Source: Octopus vulgaris
Taxonomy: Eukaryota
Assembly (NCBI GenBank): GCA_951406725.2
Contig: OX597819.1
Coordinates: 48,422,001-48,486,000, forward strand
DNA: 64,000 nt
Direction: 5' to 3'
In this document: in pieces, positions 13,067 to 27,011 of the stretch
Layout of the letters: every line of letters begins with the position of its first letter
Numbering within the stretch: position 1 is the first letter of the stretch
The notes under the pieces: generated by a model
Seen by the model: the letters and a program-made list of their open reading frames with translations, nothing else
Told to the model about the DNA's origin: nothing
Databases searched by the model: none
Position numbers and translations under genes: made by a program

Positions 13067-16000
13067 TTAGGGTTCAATCCCACTGTGTGGTACCTTGTGC
13101 AAGTGTCTTCTACTGTAGTCCCAGGTTTCTCATTTGGTGGGGTGGGTGGATAGTTTTAATCTCAGTTATATTCCATGGAAAATAGGTTAAGCCCTGGCAT
13201 TATGAATGCTAGGGCTCACAACAGACTTAAGCCTAAGTCTAATGTGTTGATGCTAAAAATCTTTATCATAATTAATCAATCACACATCCAGTGCTACCTT
13301 ACTCACATGAATACTCTTTTGGGAATTGAAGTTAATGCTGGTTATGAACTATCTGCATTTATGTTTGGAATAATAAAACAGAGCAAAATGATATCTATTA
13401 CCATGTTATTTTATGTGATCTATGCTTTGTTGATATAGTTGTAAGAGCAAAGTACATTTGGAATAACTTTCCAAAGTAAAATATTAATCATTGACTAATA
13501 TTGTTGTCTCCACCGCTTCTCAACATATGATTACTCATTAACTTTTTAAAATTCTCTGCATTAAATATATTAACACTAAGTTAACAACTGTTGTTTTTCT
13601 CGCAGATAATTATCTCTGAGCTATTTACTCATTAAACAATTCTGTTTTCTGACACTAACAAGTGACCAATCTTTTATATTTACATAATGATTATCTCAGC
13701 ACCATTTTGGCAAATACAGTGAAGTCTATGGTTGGCAGATGAGTTTATAATAAGACTAAAACATGTCTGAAATTCTCTCATATTTTCATAAGAGGACATT
13801 TTATTTTAACATTCACTTTTTGAGGCTTGCATAGTTCAGACAAAGTTTGAGGCAAATTTTTTCTATGGCCAGATGCCTTTCCTATCATCCTCCTCACCTG
13901 CTTTCCAAGCAAGATAATATTTCCCCTTAGTTAGACATGAAGAATATTAGAAATGAATGACATTGGCAATCATTTACAACTATCACATGATATCAAGACA
14001 AAGACACACACATATATGATGGGGTTCTTTCGGTTTCAGCCTATCAAATCCACTCACAAGGCTTTGGTCAGCTCATGGCTATAGCAGAAGGTACTTGCCC
14101 AAAGTGTCACAAAATAGGACTGAACACCGAACCATGTGGTTAGGAAGCAAGTTACTTACTACACATCCACACCTGTATCACATAAAAGCATCCAGCCATA
14201 GAAACCATGCCAAATCAGACTGGAGTCTGGTGCAGCCCATTGGCTTGCCAGCTCTGGTCACAGTGTCCAACCCATGCCAGCATGGACAACAGATGTTAAA
14301 GATGATGATGATGATTGAATTATAGGAACCAAATATTAAGGATCTCAGTCAACATGTCCAGCCTTAAGTTTTAGTTGTTTGATCAATTCAATACAGGCTG
14401 ACTAGATTAGCATTCAAGTTGAATACTCCACATATACCAATGTACCCATTCAAAATTTCATTAGCAGAAAGCAGTTTTATATAACATCTTTTGTTGAGGA
14501 ATATGTTTGAAACAATTTGTTTTTGTTGAGATATGTCAAGTTTACTGAAGGAATGTGATTTGCTGGATATACCAATTCTATTTTTTGGTAGATATTTAAC
14601 ATCATCATTAGAATAACCATGAAACTTAATTTCACAGTTAAAGGGTTAAAATAATCAAGTCGTCCATAAGACACAGCATGTAACAAAGGTGGGCCTTTCG
14701 ATTACAGGTACAATTTAGCCAATAGGAAGGCTTCTTCACAGTCTATAAAGATTAATTTAATTACCGATCTGTACCATGTCTGTAAACTTGGCTGTCTATG
14801 TATAGTCATGTCCTCTATATCCCTCTCTCAGCTGAGAGATCCTAGACTTACAGGCTTGTGGGTGCTAGTACCATGTAAAAGCGCCTAGTAAACTCTCTGT
14901 AAAGTGGTTGGCATTAAGAAGAGAATCCAGCCATAGAAACTATGCCAAAACAAATCGAACCCAGGCAGTTCTCCAGTTGGCTGACTCCTGTTAAACCAGC
15001 TAACCCACGCCAGCATGGAGAACAAATGTATAATGATGACAACTTGCTCAAGGTACCACACATGTGGTTAGGATGCAAAATTTCTTACCAAGCATCCACA
15101 ACAAATATACAATATTTGTAAATAAGGCTATATATAATGTATGTGTTAATATAACAAAGACTATAGATAGACTGAAACAGCAGAGTATTAGACTAAATGT
15201 TTTGCCATGTTCAGTTAGGTCCCTTCTATGTTCTACGTTCAAATCCTACTGGGTTTCATTTATGTTTCATTCCTCTGGCACCCAATAAAGAAAGAATAAT
15301 ATCAGTAACATACTGGAATTGATGCATTCAACCACCCCCTCTCTGTTACTGCAAATTTGTGCTGGCCTCGAGCCAACAGAAGAATTCATTAATATAACTA
15401 CAGAATAAGACTGAAATTTGTGTAGAACCCAAAATTGATGGGAAACTGAAATAGTCGGTGCTTCTGAATAGATATTCATTTTTGAAGGAATATTAGGTCA
15501 CTGAAGTTGCCAAAAGCAATAATTACAGACAATTACCCCATGTTAATTTTGCTTAGTCTTTATTATTATTATCATTATTTTGGCAAGGCTTCTTCCCTAC
15601 AGTTCTGCCAATTTTATGTTTTTGCAAGCCAAGTTACTCTCAGTTAATTTTCATTGTAGGTCACTGGACAGTTCTAAGCTGAACAGCAGTCAATTCAATG
15701 TTCTCTTCAATTTGTCAATCTCACTTTCATAACATTATGTGAAAATACTTGTGATAATACACTCAAACTCATTCATACAGTTTCATTTCTAGAGCATCAA
15801 TCTAGTCATAGATTCAGCTGTTTTTTGACCATGCAACTAGTCTAGAGAATTATCATTATAATTATCACAAAAACTAAGTGATAGATGACAGGCTATGATA
15901 AAATATTTCATGTGATATTTTATATTTTACAGATATATTTTGATTTTAAAAAAAGGAGATGAAAAAAAAGTGAAAACTGATAATTAGAGAAACTTGTAAA

Positions 16001-17543
16001 AAATATAAACCCAGTCTTTCTTCTGGCAGCAATTATTAAAATATTTAATTTCTTTTAGATAAAATTTTAAAAATATACAAATAATAATTTCTATTAATTA
16101 ACTGCACCAGATTTAACCAATCAGAATCAATGTATTTGTAACATGTTTCATCAACAAATTGAAAGTCATTTTTTTGAATACCAGTCTGAGTTGCATTTTT
16201 ATCTCTTATATTGGAGATGTTTGATCAATGTAGTTAATGTTCAGTTTGAAATCCCAGGGGAGGAACGATTGGAAAAGTGTTTGTTGTCATGGAGGTGTTG
16301 TGAGCGAGTGACAAAGCAGATATGACAAGACTATGGCACTGTTGATTGATAAAGAGGTAGACATTTTGTCATACTTAATAAAACTAAGATAGTCTTAAAC
16401 TTTTTAAACCTGTCCAACAACACAAGACAGAATTATATGGATGCCAACTATATTTTGTTCTCTCATTAATAAACAGGTGGTGGGCAAAAATCCTGATTTG
16501 TGGAGGAGTAGGGTTTTGGTGACAACTGAGATTTGACAGTCTCAGAACCACTGCACAATAAAAAAAAACAGATAGTCAAAAGGTAACTCGTTGATTAAGA
16601 ATCTTAAAGAAAAAAGTTCAATACAATTTTGCTTTAGACTGGATGTAAATTAATAATGAAACACCTAAAACTACATTTACTCTTCACCATGGAAGCCAGA
16701 TTGTGTATCAGAAAAAGAATTTTCTTTGGCAAGTACATGAGACTGAGTTCCAGCCATTATGTGATAAGACACAAATATAGATATCATCCTAAAACACCTA
16801 TTTTGGCTTACTACCTTCTGTTCTAAGTCAACTGGTCTTTAAAAGCTTATACATATACCAAAAACTGGCTGCTCACTATTACAGAAAATAGCCTCTTCCC
16901 ACAGATATGGCTATGTTAAGTTCATTTCTCAACCAAATGGTTTTGGGGCTCAATCTCACAGCCCAGTACCCTGGGCAAGTGTCTTCTACAATTGCCTTGG
17001 GTTGACCAAAGCCTTGTGATTGAAATCTAGTATGTGGAGACTGACAAAAAACCTGTTGTGTGTATGTGTCAGCATATCTGTGTTTGCTTACATTTGTGCT
17101 TAATGAAGCTGCTCACTGTGAGTTGTTGTTGCCATGTATGCCAACAAATCACCTGCTCAACTTGCACTGTTAAAGATGTATAAAATATGATATTACTTGC
17201 TGGAAAAGCAAGTAAGGATTAGCAACAAAAAGGGTATCTAGCTGTAAAAGAATGCCTCAATAATACATGTCTAAACTGTGCTAGTATAAAAAAAAAAAAT
17301 GGAAATAAAATGAACACAGGCATATTCATAACATATTTCTCAAAATACATCAAGATGTACTTTCATAAAGCTTTTTATGAATGTGCATAATAAAATTGTA
17401 TAATATGGAATATCAAATTTAGTTAAAGTGTATAAAAAAGTTCCTGCATAAATTTAGAACTTCAAATGTTGAATTCAGTATTAGGAATTCACATACACAT
17501 TCTGAATTGTTACATTTCCATTTTGTGAAGGCTGCATTAACAA

Positions 17544-17760
17544 TGGAAGCTCGTGGCCTAGTGGTTAGGGTGTTGGACTTGTGATCGCAATGTGTTGTGT
17601 TCTTGAGCAAAACACTTCATTTTGTGTTACTTTAGCTCACTCAGCTGGCAAAAATGAGTAATCCTGTGATGGACCGGTGCCCTGTCCAGGTGAGGAATAT
17701 ATGGAAACTGGAAAACTGGCCCTCATGAACCTGGCATGGCTCGAGTTGGAAACATTCACT
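17544..17760 (+). mobile_element. tRNA-derived CORE-like SINE
   Basis: An A-box TGGCCTAGTGGTTAGGG is followed by GTGTTCTTGAGCAAAACACTT...CACTCAGCTGGCAAAAATGAGT. Confidence 0.75.
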
Positions 17761-17879
17761 TTAACAATAATTTCAGAGTGTATATTATGAGAATTTTAAA
17801 TGTTGCTTTTTGTTGCTAATGAACAAGGTGTCACCAAGGTCTTAAACTTAAGCTTAACTCTGGATAAATCAAACTAAAA

Positions 17880-18203
17880 AAACTGGCACTCTGTGGTTAT
17901 GACAACAAAGGTTCCAGTTGATCCAATCAACATAACAACAGCCTGCTTGTGAAATTAACATGCAAGTGGCTGAGCACTCCACAGATATGTGTACCCTTAA
18001 CATAGTCCTAAGGGAGATTCAGCATGGTGTGACAAGGCTGGTTCTTTGAATTACAGGTACAACTCATTTTCATCAGCTGAGTGAACTGGAGCAGTGTGAA
18101 ATAAAATGTCTTGCTCAAGTACACAATGCGTCACTGGGAATCAAACTCACAACCATATGAATGTGAGCTGAATACCCTAACCATTTAGGCCATGTGCCTT
18201 CAC
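17880..18203 (-). mobile_element. tRNA-derived CORE-like SINE
   Basis: The reverse complement reads GTGAAGGCACATGGCCTAAATGGTTAGGG...GTTTGATTCC...CTTGAGCAAGACATTT...CACTCAGCTG and aligns along its length with 9524-9854. Confidence 0.8.
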
Positions 18204-20402
18204 TCTGGATAAATATACACGCACAAGCTGACAATTGACAGGAACAGAGCACTGGATAGATTGCTTTATGGTAATCAACCCAGCTCTCTGCAGTTGGCAA
18301 TTCATCATTTCTGGGTTGATAAATTATATACCATTCCTGCTTTAGGGTAGATTCTCTTCTTTACCTCACTTTCTGGAAGAAATTGGCTGTCATCCAACCC
18401 AGAGAGGGACAGACTCCTCCAAGCTTAAAAATGTCATACACACATCATGTCATGATGGCACTCCTATGATTCTATCATGAGGTGAGGACCCAAGCCAAAG
18501 CAAATACATGCACACACAAAACTATTTTTATATATATATAAAAAAAAAGCAAAGTTCTTTTCAATGTTTACTAGTAGAGTATCTTTGGTACTAAACAATC
18601 ACATCGACCTGATTATGATATTTATCAAAAAAATAATTTGAATGATTTCATTAGAGTTATATTCTGTGTTTGTTCTCCTTTATTTTTTTTTTAGAGGTTA
18701 AACACTTCCCTGAGAGAGTTTTGTTTATTAATTGCAAGGATAATCATAGATGAGTGAATATTTTCAGCTCATATTACAAATATGAGCAGGACCCTATTAT
18801 ATGTGATCCTTGAAGGTATTTTCTTCTGCCATATTATAACTGGAAGAAGGTATACTTAACACTATGATAATGGAAACCTAAACATTTTATAAAATACATG
18901 CCATCTGCTAAATTCAAAGTAAAAGTGTATTGCACATATAATACTAAACTTATATTAGTTTTCTTGCTAGTATAGTTAAGATGGCTACATAAATTCAGAT
19001 GTTAGTGTGAATATTCAGAGTAAATGTCTTACACCCAACTCTAAAAACTAGCAATGATGAATATATACTTTTCTTTTTTTCTTTTTTTTAATGCCAAGTT
19101 GATCTGAAGGAACAAAGGAGTTTAATAGTATAATGAATGAAGCTGCATTGGATTAATTTTGATAAGATTAACCTTTACTCTTGTTTAAATAATATTACAA
19201 ATGATCATTCTAGAGTGACTAAGCTTGTTTATTGCATCTGATGAATGAAAATGAACATATATAAGAAAATAAAAAAATAAAAAAAACATAAATTAAACAT
19301 CTACACACTCCAAACTTTAAGAGTTAAATTTCTCAATGAAAACTGTTATGGGGAAAAAAGAACCTGTTGACCTTAAAATTTTGTTGACAATGGCTCTAGT
19401 ATGTGTGCCTATGTAACTTTAGGGGTTGGCTCAAACCAATGGCATAGTTGCAGCAGTTAGTACACTAAAACTCTTTGTTCAGTGTGAGAGTGAATATATT
19501 ATTTCCATGGTGGTGGCGACAGGGGGGGGGGGAGAGAGAGAGAGAGAGGCAAAATATAAAAGCTACTCAGGTGTCTATAAAGAAAAGTTATAAGAAATCA
19601 AAACTGAAAATAATATTGAAATGGGGGGGGGGGGGATAAAGAAACAAGCAAAAATACATAACAAACCTAACAATATTTGTTTTTTGTTTTTAAAATATTA
19701 TTCTAAAAGTAAAAACATAGTAACATCTATACAAATGTTTTTGAAACCGTTGATTTTTTTTTTCCTTTTATTTTTCATATATATTACTTTCTTTTTAACT
19801 TTTGCTTGGCTTCTCTGTAGTTCATAAGAAAGTTTTACAAGTCCAAGTAACTGATAAAATATATATGAAAAGAAATATTGAAAAAAAACTTTCAAGATGT
19901 AATTTCATGTATTTTTCTCCTCCACTGAAATAGGATTAGACATAAACTGTTAATAAATTTAAATTAGTGGCCTAACCATCAAATACCTCTAATGTTTTAT
20001 CACCGTCCTCATTATCAAAAGCAAGTCATGAAAAACTTCGCTTTTTTCCCCTTTATATTTTATTTGTTTTGAACAGAAATCTGATAATTCTAATAATTAA
20101 TGCAGCAGGCTTAAAAAGGGGTTATCTGTATAGTATTAGGCAGAAGGTAATTTAGGTCAACAGGAGGATTAAAGTTACTTATAGAGGACAAGAACAATGA
20201 CCCAGTTTTAACAGTAAATACCTGAAGTATAATGTAATACTTCAATAGGAAGCTTATTTAGGTTAGGGGCAGATTGGATTCAGAGGAGAGTAAAAAAAAA
20301 AAAAAAAAAAAAAAAGGAGGGCGTGGGCAACTTAAGTTCATTGTGAGAGCAGGGGTAGATTTGGGGAGAAAATTGAATGTAATAAATAATGCATATGCTT
20401 AC

Positions 20403-20511
20403 AAGTCATAATGTTGATTCCACTTAGGATCAAGAGTATTTTTACAAGGTTCTGTTGAGTGGCACTGCCCTGAACCATCAACACTTATTTTGGCAAAAGG
20501 ATCTGGTAACC
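20403..20511 (-). CDS. Smurf: Smurf HECT E3 ubiquitin ligase, internal coding exon (C2 domain), 109 nt
   Basis: The acceptor is ctttctttttcttccacag and the donor is gtaagc. It translates (R)LPDPFAKISVDGSGQCHSTEPCKNTLDPKWNQHYD(L), nearly identical to SMURF1/2 LPDPFAKVVVDGSGQCHSTDTVKNTLDPKWNQHYDL. The ORF track missed it. Confidence 0.97.
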
Positions 20512-23312
20512 CTGTGGAAGAAAAAGAAAGAAAGATTGCTACTAATATGTTGAAATAACACAAAGATATCTAGCTTTGATACTGAGACACAAAATTCATA
20601 AGAAAGATATATAGGCCACAACATTCTTGTAGGGAAGTGATGTAGGTCGCAGATTTGTAGAGAAAGGATGAAGCCAATTGAATCAAACAGTACACGACTG
20701 GTATACTTTGTTCACTAGCTCCCTAAAGTGATTTATTTGTTTGTGTGAATGTAAATGTGTGTGAGTACCCCCCCCCACACACACATTGCAATTTGGAAGC
20801 AATAGTACTGTTGGTTATAGACTTCCAACGAACCAATCACAGTTCAATGTATTTCTGAGTGTTTTTTGAAACAGTAGTGCCTGTAACTATTTCAAAAGGC
20901 TTCAGAGCACTGCATTTTATTAGGGTGGTGATGGGGGATTATCAACTATGTTTTGTCCTTCGCTGAAAGGCACATTTACACCATTGGCTTCTGCAGATTC
21001 CCCTCTTGTAAACTCCACTTGCAAATCTATTGATCAGCCCGGGACTATGCTAGAAGACACTTACCCAAGGTACTGAATAGGGGGATTGAACTCAGAATCA
21101 TTACTGTGAAGTGAACTTAATCACATAGCCATGCCTAAATCCATCTGAATTCAGCCTTCCATTCTTAATGCTAAGAAATGAAAGAAAAAGTTGACATTGA
21201 CAGTATTTCAACACAAAACTGTAAAGAGCTTTATGTAACTAAACACTGCAAAGTATTTTGTCCTAAGTTCTAACAATTATATATCTTGGATAACTTGTTT
21301 ACAAAGGTGTTGAAAATCTTTCCATTAGTCTGGGATTGCTGATTCACTCAAAACTGTGTTGCCTCCAGGCACTTCAGAAGATGGTTTATAGTCATCATCA
21401 GTTAATGTCCATTCTCTATTCTGGCATGGGTTGGATGGTTTCACAGGAGCCGGCCAGCCAGAGAGCTGCACCAGGCCCCAATTATGTTTTGACGTGGTTT
21501 CTATGGGTGGATACCCTTGCTTAATGCCAAACATTTTACAGAGAGTACTGGGTACTTTTTATGTGGCTAAATTTACAAATACAGAACCTAAAAGTCACAC
21601 AGCTCATGACTTTCTCATTGCAAAGATGAACTCCTAAGAAAAATTTCAAATACATATGTGCAAAACAATTGGCCACAACACAGCATGCATAAATACATAA
21701 ATAAATACACTCACTTTTTTATCCTAAGAAGTGCTTAATAATTTTGCATGGTTTAAATAGTTTATATATAGGCTAGAATAAATAAATTTTCTCTTAACTC
21801 TTTGTACAAAGTGCTCTGATATATTTTTTATTTGCTCTAGAGTGCAGTGAAGTATTTTTATTTCTTCTGAAGTGTACTGCAAGTAAAAACAATTTGGAAC
21901 CATAACTACAGAAGATAACATTATGTCTGTTGTATTGGTATCTAAGTGTTTTATAGTCACATTTCAACATTGGTATTTACTTTTGAAAGTAGGACTGAAT
22001 CTCATAGCTTATACTCCCCCTACCCATTTTTTTGTCCATCTCATCAAAGGAATTCTTTATATGAGCATTAAATACATACATGTAACCAACTGAACATTTG
22101 CTGATGTGACCCTAAAACAGTGGCTGAGCACAATGGAACCTCATTGTTCATTTTTTTTTTTCATAAATATTTTTACGTATATGCAAGCATTCAACATATT
22201 CATGATCTGTTTATATCTACATATATATGTATATAGTAGGTACAGGTATGACTGTATGGTTAAGAAGTTTGCTTCCTAAACATGTGGTTTCAGGTTCAGT
22301 TTTAATGTAAGGTACTTTGGCCAGAAGGGCTTTACTATAATAATCCTGGGCTTATCAAAATTTTGTGAATGGATTTGGTACATGTAATCTATAGCATATA
22401 TACACACATACACACACATGCGTGTGGTATGCATATCAGTATGTTTTACATATGCTTTCGTCTGAAAATAAGTTACAAACTGACTTTGTCTGATCAAACA
22501 GCTCATTCACTATCTCTGTACCTAAGATGTAGGGAATAAGAGATCTCATACTTAAAAAAAAAAAAAAAAGATAAGAGTTAGCAACAGGAAGGGCACAAGT
22601 TTCAATAATATATTCATCTAACCCATGCCAGCATGGAAACAAAATGGATATAAACAAACAATTGAATATACAACAATTTTATCAGTTTACTGAAGGTCAT
22701 ATAATGAACACAAATTTCCCTCAGATTACTAAGATTAAGCAGTGTCTTATCACTTACTTCAGCAAGTACAGTGAAGTCATTGCATGAGGAACGTCTAAGA
22801 AGACCAAAATATATCTAGAACTGTCTTGGATACTTGCAATGGCAGTGCCAGAGAGGTCAGAGTAGTGCAACAAAATTTTTGTCTTTTCTAGAAATAGATG
22901 GAAAGTAAATTTTCTCTTCTTTTTAAATGATGGTTAAATAGCTCTTCCAAGGTATAATTGCTAACATATTTTCACCTTTCTCAGACTGAAGTAAAATAGA
23001 TCAGAATAAAGTGAAATTTCCCATAGAAATCTGGGAAAGCCATAAACATTGCAACTTTCCAGTTCAATAATCATATAAATATGAGGATAATACTTGTTGT
23101 CAAATAGATTAAAAAAATTTTTCTCTAAAGAGGGGAAAACTGAAGTTTCAATTCATTTGCACTTTTATGATGTTGGTGTCCGAAAATAGCTAATAAGAAA
23201 CAAATTGTAAACCAAATTATATAAAACCAAAATCAATAGAAATATTTCTTCACTTGTGTGTGTATGAGAGAGACAGAGAGAGATAAATAGGAAAGAAAAA
23301 GAAAATACTTAC

Positions 23313-23351
23313 TAAAGAAATCTTTTTTAGCTAGGTTCTTAGAACAGAGAA
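23313..23351 (-). CDS. Smurf: Smurf HECT E3 ubiquitin ligase, 39-nt internal coding exon (C2 domain)
   Basis: The acceptor is ctttttcag and the donor is gtaagt. It translates (V)LCSKNLAKKDFF(R), matching SMURF VLCAKNLAKKDFFR, and splices in frame (A|GG = Arg) to the 20403-20511 exon across a 2801-bp intron. Confidence 0.96.
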
Positions 23352-26300
23352 CTGAAAAAGAAAGACAAAAAGAAGCAAGATAAACATGGTGATATAAAAC
23401 AGTATAGATTGATTATTAAATGTAAGGTATTCATATTAGTTTCAGTAAAGTAACATTATCTAGCTATACCATCATACTTGCAGAATCCAAATAGTCTCCA
23501 AAAATGCTTGGTTTAAAACGACAAAAATCTATAATCGTGAAAACATCTTTGACTCTAAAAGAAGCTGCAGTCTGCAAAATGTCTGTAACAGATATTGATT
23601 AATTATACACAGAAAAGGAAGATATTCAAATTGAAAATGGAAGCCCTTTATATAGCATTTATATATATATATTCATTTTAACTGTTGACATATTGCTTAT
23701 CTGTTTGACATGCCTATTGTACATTAACCCTATAGGATTCTACTGTCCATCAAATCAATGCAGTGTTTGGCAGTTAACAAGACTGATAACTATCAAAGAA
23801 ACAGATTAAGGAATAAACTAAGATTCAAGGAACAAATCTCATTAAATCATAGCATTAAATTTCTAGAGAAACTGATTAAAAATGGGGGGGGGAATGCTTA
23901 ATTGTAATGCCAATTGTAGGTTTCACCATTCTGCTATCTATCAGATGGAATGGTAGAGTGCTAACAGAAACAGATTATATAGAAGAATGATTACTCCTGG
24001 CTAATGTTATCTAATACTTATTCACCATGACAAAGCAGCCAACTGGTTATAAAGAGAAGCCAAAATAATGAAGAAACCACAGTTAAATTCTATACATTAT
24101 TCCAGAGACAGCCATTTAACCCTAGATATGTCATTTTTTGAAAAATTTTAATTCTATGTAGGCCAAAGTTACTGCAGACCTGATTTCACGGGATACTTTA
24201 GTACTTACAACAGCAACTATTTAGTGTGCAATCTGTGACATATTGTAGTTATCCCCCACCCCCCAAAAAAAACTGGAGATCAAAGTAAAAACATAATATT
24301 TATGATTGCAAATATTTACTCTGGTAGGCTGAACTTAAATGAAACCTAAATAAAATTTTTTTTCTGAATGACTCACTGAGGGAATGGATTATATCAGCAT
24401 GATCTAACAATGATTTTATAGTACAGAGTAAATAAACAACTGTTTTTCTTATAGTAAACTTCTCTATTTAAACATACTTTTGACAAGAAGAGATGTGTAA
24501 ACTAGTAAAAGTAGGAATTAAATAAAAACTAACAGTAAATTGGCTAGGATTAACATTAGTTTCTCCATTATTTACACAAACATTAACCTAGCTTCATATT
24601 ATTTCACTTTTGTTTTATTTTTATATAGTATATATTATCTTTTATATTATACCAGGGAGCCAAATAATTATTACGCAATTGCAAATCCAAATTAGATAAT
24701 CAAATTAAATGTCAAATAAGTTAAAACCTCTATTTAAGATATTTAATTAAAATCAAGAAAATTAATACACTCAGAAGATTTCTATAATGGAATGGAAATA
24801 CATCTATTCTTGAAATGTTGTTTTAAAAAAAATATGTCAACTGAAAATTGCTGTGCAGTTGTTGCAGCAAACCCAACTCAAATTTAATTATCAAATTGTT
24901 GTAAAATGTCAACAGTAAGGTACTAAAAGACACATTTTCTGAATTGGATAACTGTTTTTAATTCTGTTGATATTTGAAAAGGCCAGATTTAAATTCTCTT
25001 CTATGTAATGTTATGAAAGATAAATTGGAACAAGAGTAACATGTTGTTCACTGACTAAAGAGTAAGAGCTCTTGTGATGTATTATATGGTTGGGTTAAAA
25101 AGTTTAGGCATGTTCCAGAATTATCAATTCCATCTGTTTCAGTAGTAAATGTAGTAGAAACTCAACAGGAATCAAGAAAAAAAACAAAACAAAAAGTTAA
25201 TATTTCTTAAATAAATCTGAATAGTAGACAAGAATATATTACACTGCAGTTAGCAGATAAATGTGTAATCTGAATTATTTGTTCTAGTTTCAGGAACGAC
25301 TAACAACACCATTTAGTTAAGAAAAGATTAAAAGGAAAAAAAAAAAAGAAAGTTAACTGTTTGTTCTTTTAATAATATTTCAGCATAAAAAGTTATAAAA
25401 TCTAATGCATATAAATATTAGTTTGGATGGTAGAACCGTAGCAATTCAAAAGTGATGGGTCAAAAATGAAAACAGAAACACAGTTTTGACGAAAATAACA
25501 CAATCTTCCAATTCCTATAATGGTAAACTAGAACAAGATAAGCAGAACCATTGAAAGTTGTAAGTTGACTTAATTCAATTAGAGTTATCAGTTTTATTTT
25601 TATACTTCAATGCTTGATTCTTGAGCAACAGAATGTTTAAGAACTTCCAATTTCAGGCTTCACGGAAAAAATTCTAACAAACTGTCTTCAGATTTGTCAA
25701 AAGTTATCAGTTTCCACAGACAGTTTAGATTATATAAAAAGATTAGGAGCATTGGTGACATTAACTGAACAATGTACATCTTCAAAGTTTTTACATAATC
25801 ACTTAAAGCAGTTATATTATGGTGTGATTGCTATTTCAATAATGATAGTAATAAAAATAGTTTCAAATTTCGGCACAAGGCCAGTTAATTTAGAGGAAAG
25901 GTTAAGTTGATTGCATCACCTGCAGTACTTGACTGGAACTTGATTTTTATTAACTCTGAAAGGGTGAAAGTCAAAGTCGACCTCACTGGGATTTGAACTC
26001 AGAATGTAAAGAGTCAGAAGAAATGCCACTAAGCATTTTCTGACACACGAATGATTCAACTAGTTCACCACCTTAATAAATAAAGTAATAATTGTTTCTG
26101 ATTTAGGCACAAAGCATGCAATTTCAAGAGGAAGCATAAGACAATTTTGTCAAACAGCAGTTCTTAACTGGTATCATATTTCATCAACCCATGACAGCTG
26201 AAAGGCTAAGTTGACCTTGGTGGAATTGAAAGCTGACCAAAACTTTGTGAGTGGATTTGGTAGATGGAAAATGAAAGAAGCCTGTTGTATGTATGTGTGT

Positions 26301-26812
26301 CTGTATTTGTCCCTTACCACTCCTTGATAACTGGTGTTAGTGTTTTGATCCCCATAACTTAGTGGTTCAGTAAAAAGAAACTGATAGAATAAGTATTAGG
26401 CTTTAAAAAAAGTGCTGGCACTGATTCATTCAATTAAAAATTCTTCAAAGAGGTGCCCTTGCATGGCTGCAGTCTAATGACTGAAACAAGTAAAAGATAA
26501 GAGATAAGCAATACACACTAATGGTACAGATATGCTGGGGGGGGGGGGGAGTAAGAAGTTCATTGGAAACCAAAATTGGTTTTGAGTTCAGTCCTACAAC
26601 ACATCACTTTGACAAAGTGTTTTCTATTACAGCCCTGAGGTAACCAAGCTGTTGAGAGAATTTAGGTGAAAACTGAGAAAACTGCTATGTTGTGTAATGC
26701 ATGAGTGTATGCATATGTAAAGATGTGCATTTGTTTCCTTGTTTTAATATCACATGCTAACTGGAAACAAATGTCACTGTCACACAAGAAGTGTGGTCTG
26801 TAATCTGTTTAA

Positions 26813-27011
26813 CTCTTTAGCATTTGAACCAGCCACACTAGGCCCCAACTGGCCAGATCCAGTCTATATCACACACTCTATAATATGTCAATTTTAAAAT
26901 AAACAATCACATCAACAAAATCTTGATGCTACAAGATAAGCCATGACTAATTCCAAACAATGTGAATAAATAAGCATTACATTTGACAAAGTAATCTGGA
27001 TGATAAAAGGG
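26813..27011. mobile_element. TTAA-flanked piggyBac-type MITE
   Basis: TTAA at 26809-26812 and 27012-27015 flanks imperfect TIRs CTCTTTAGCAT / ATGATAAAAGGG. Confidence 0.65.
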
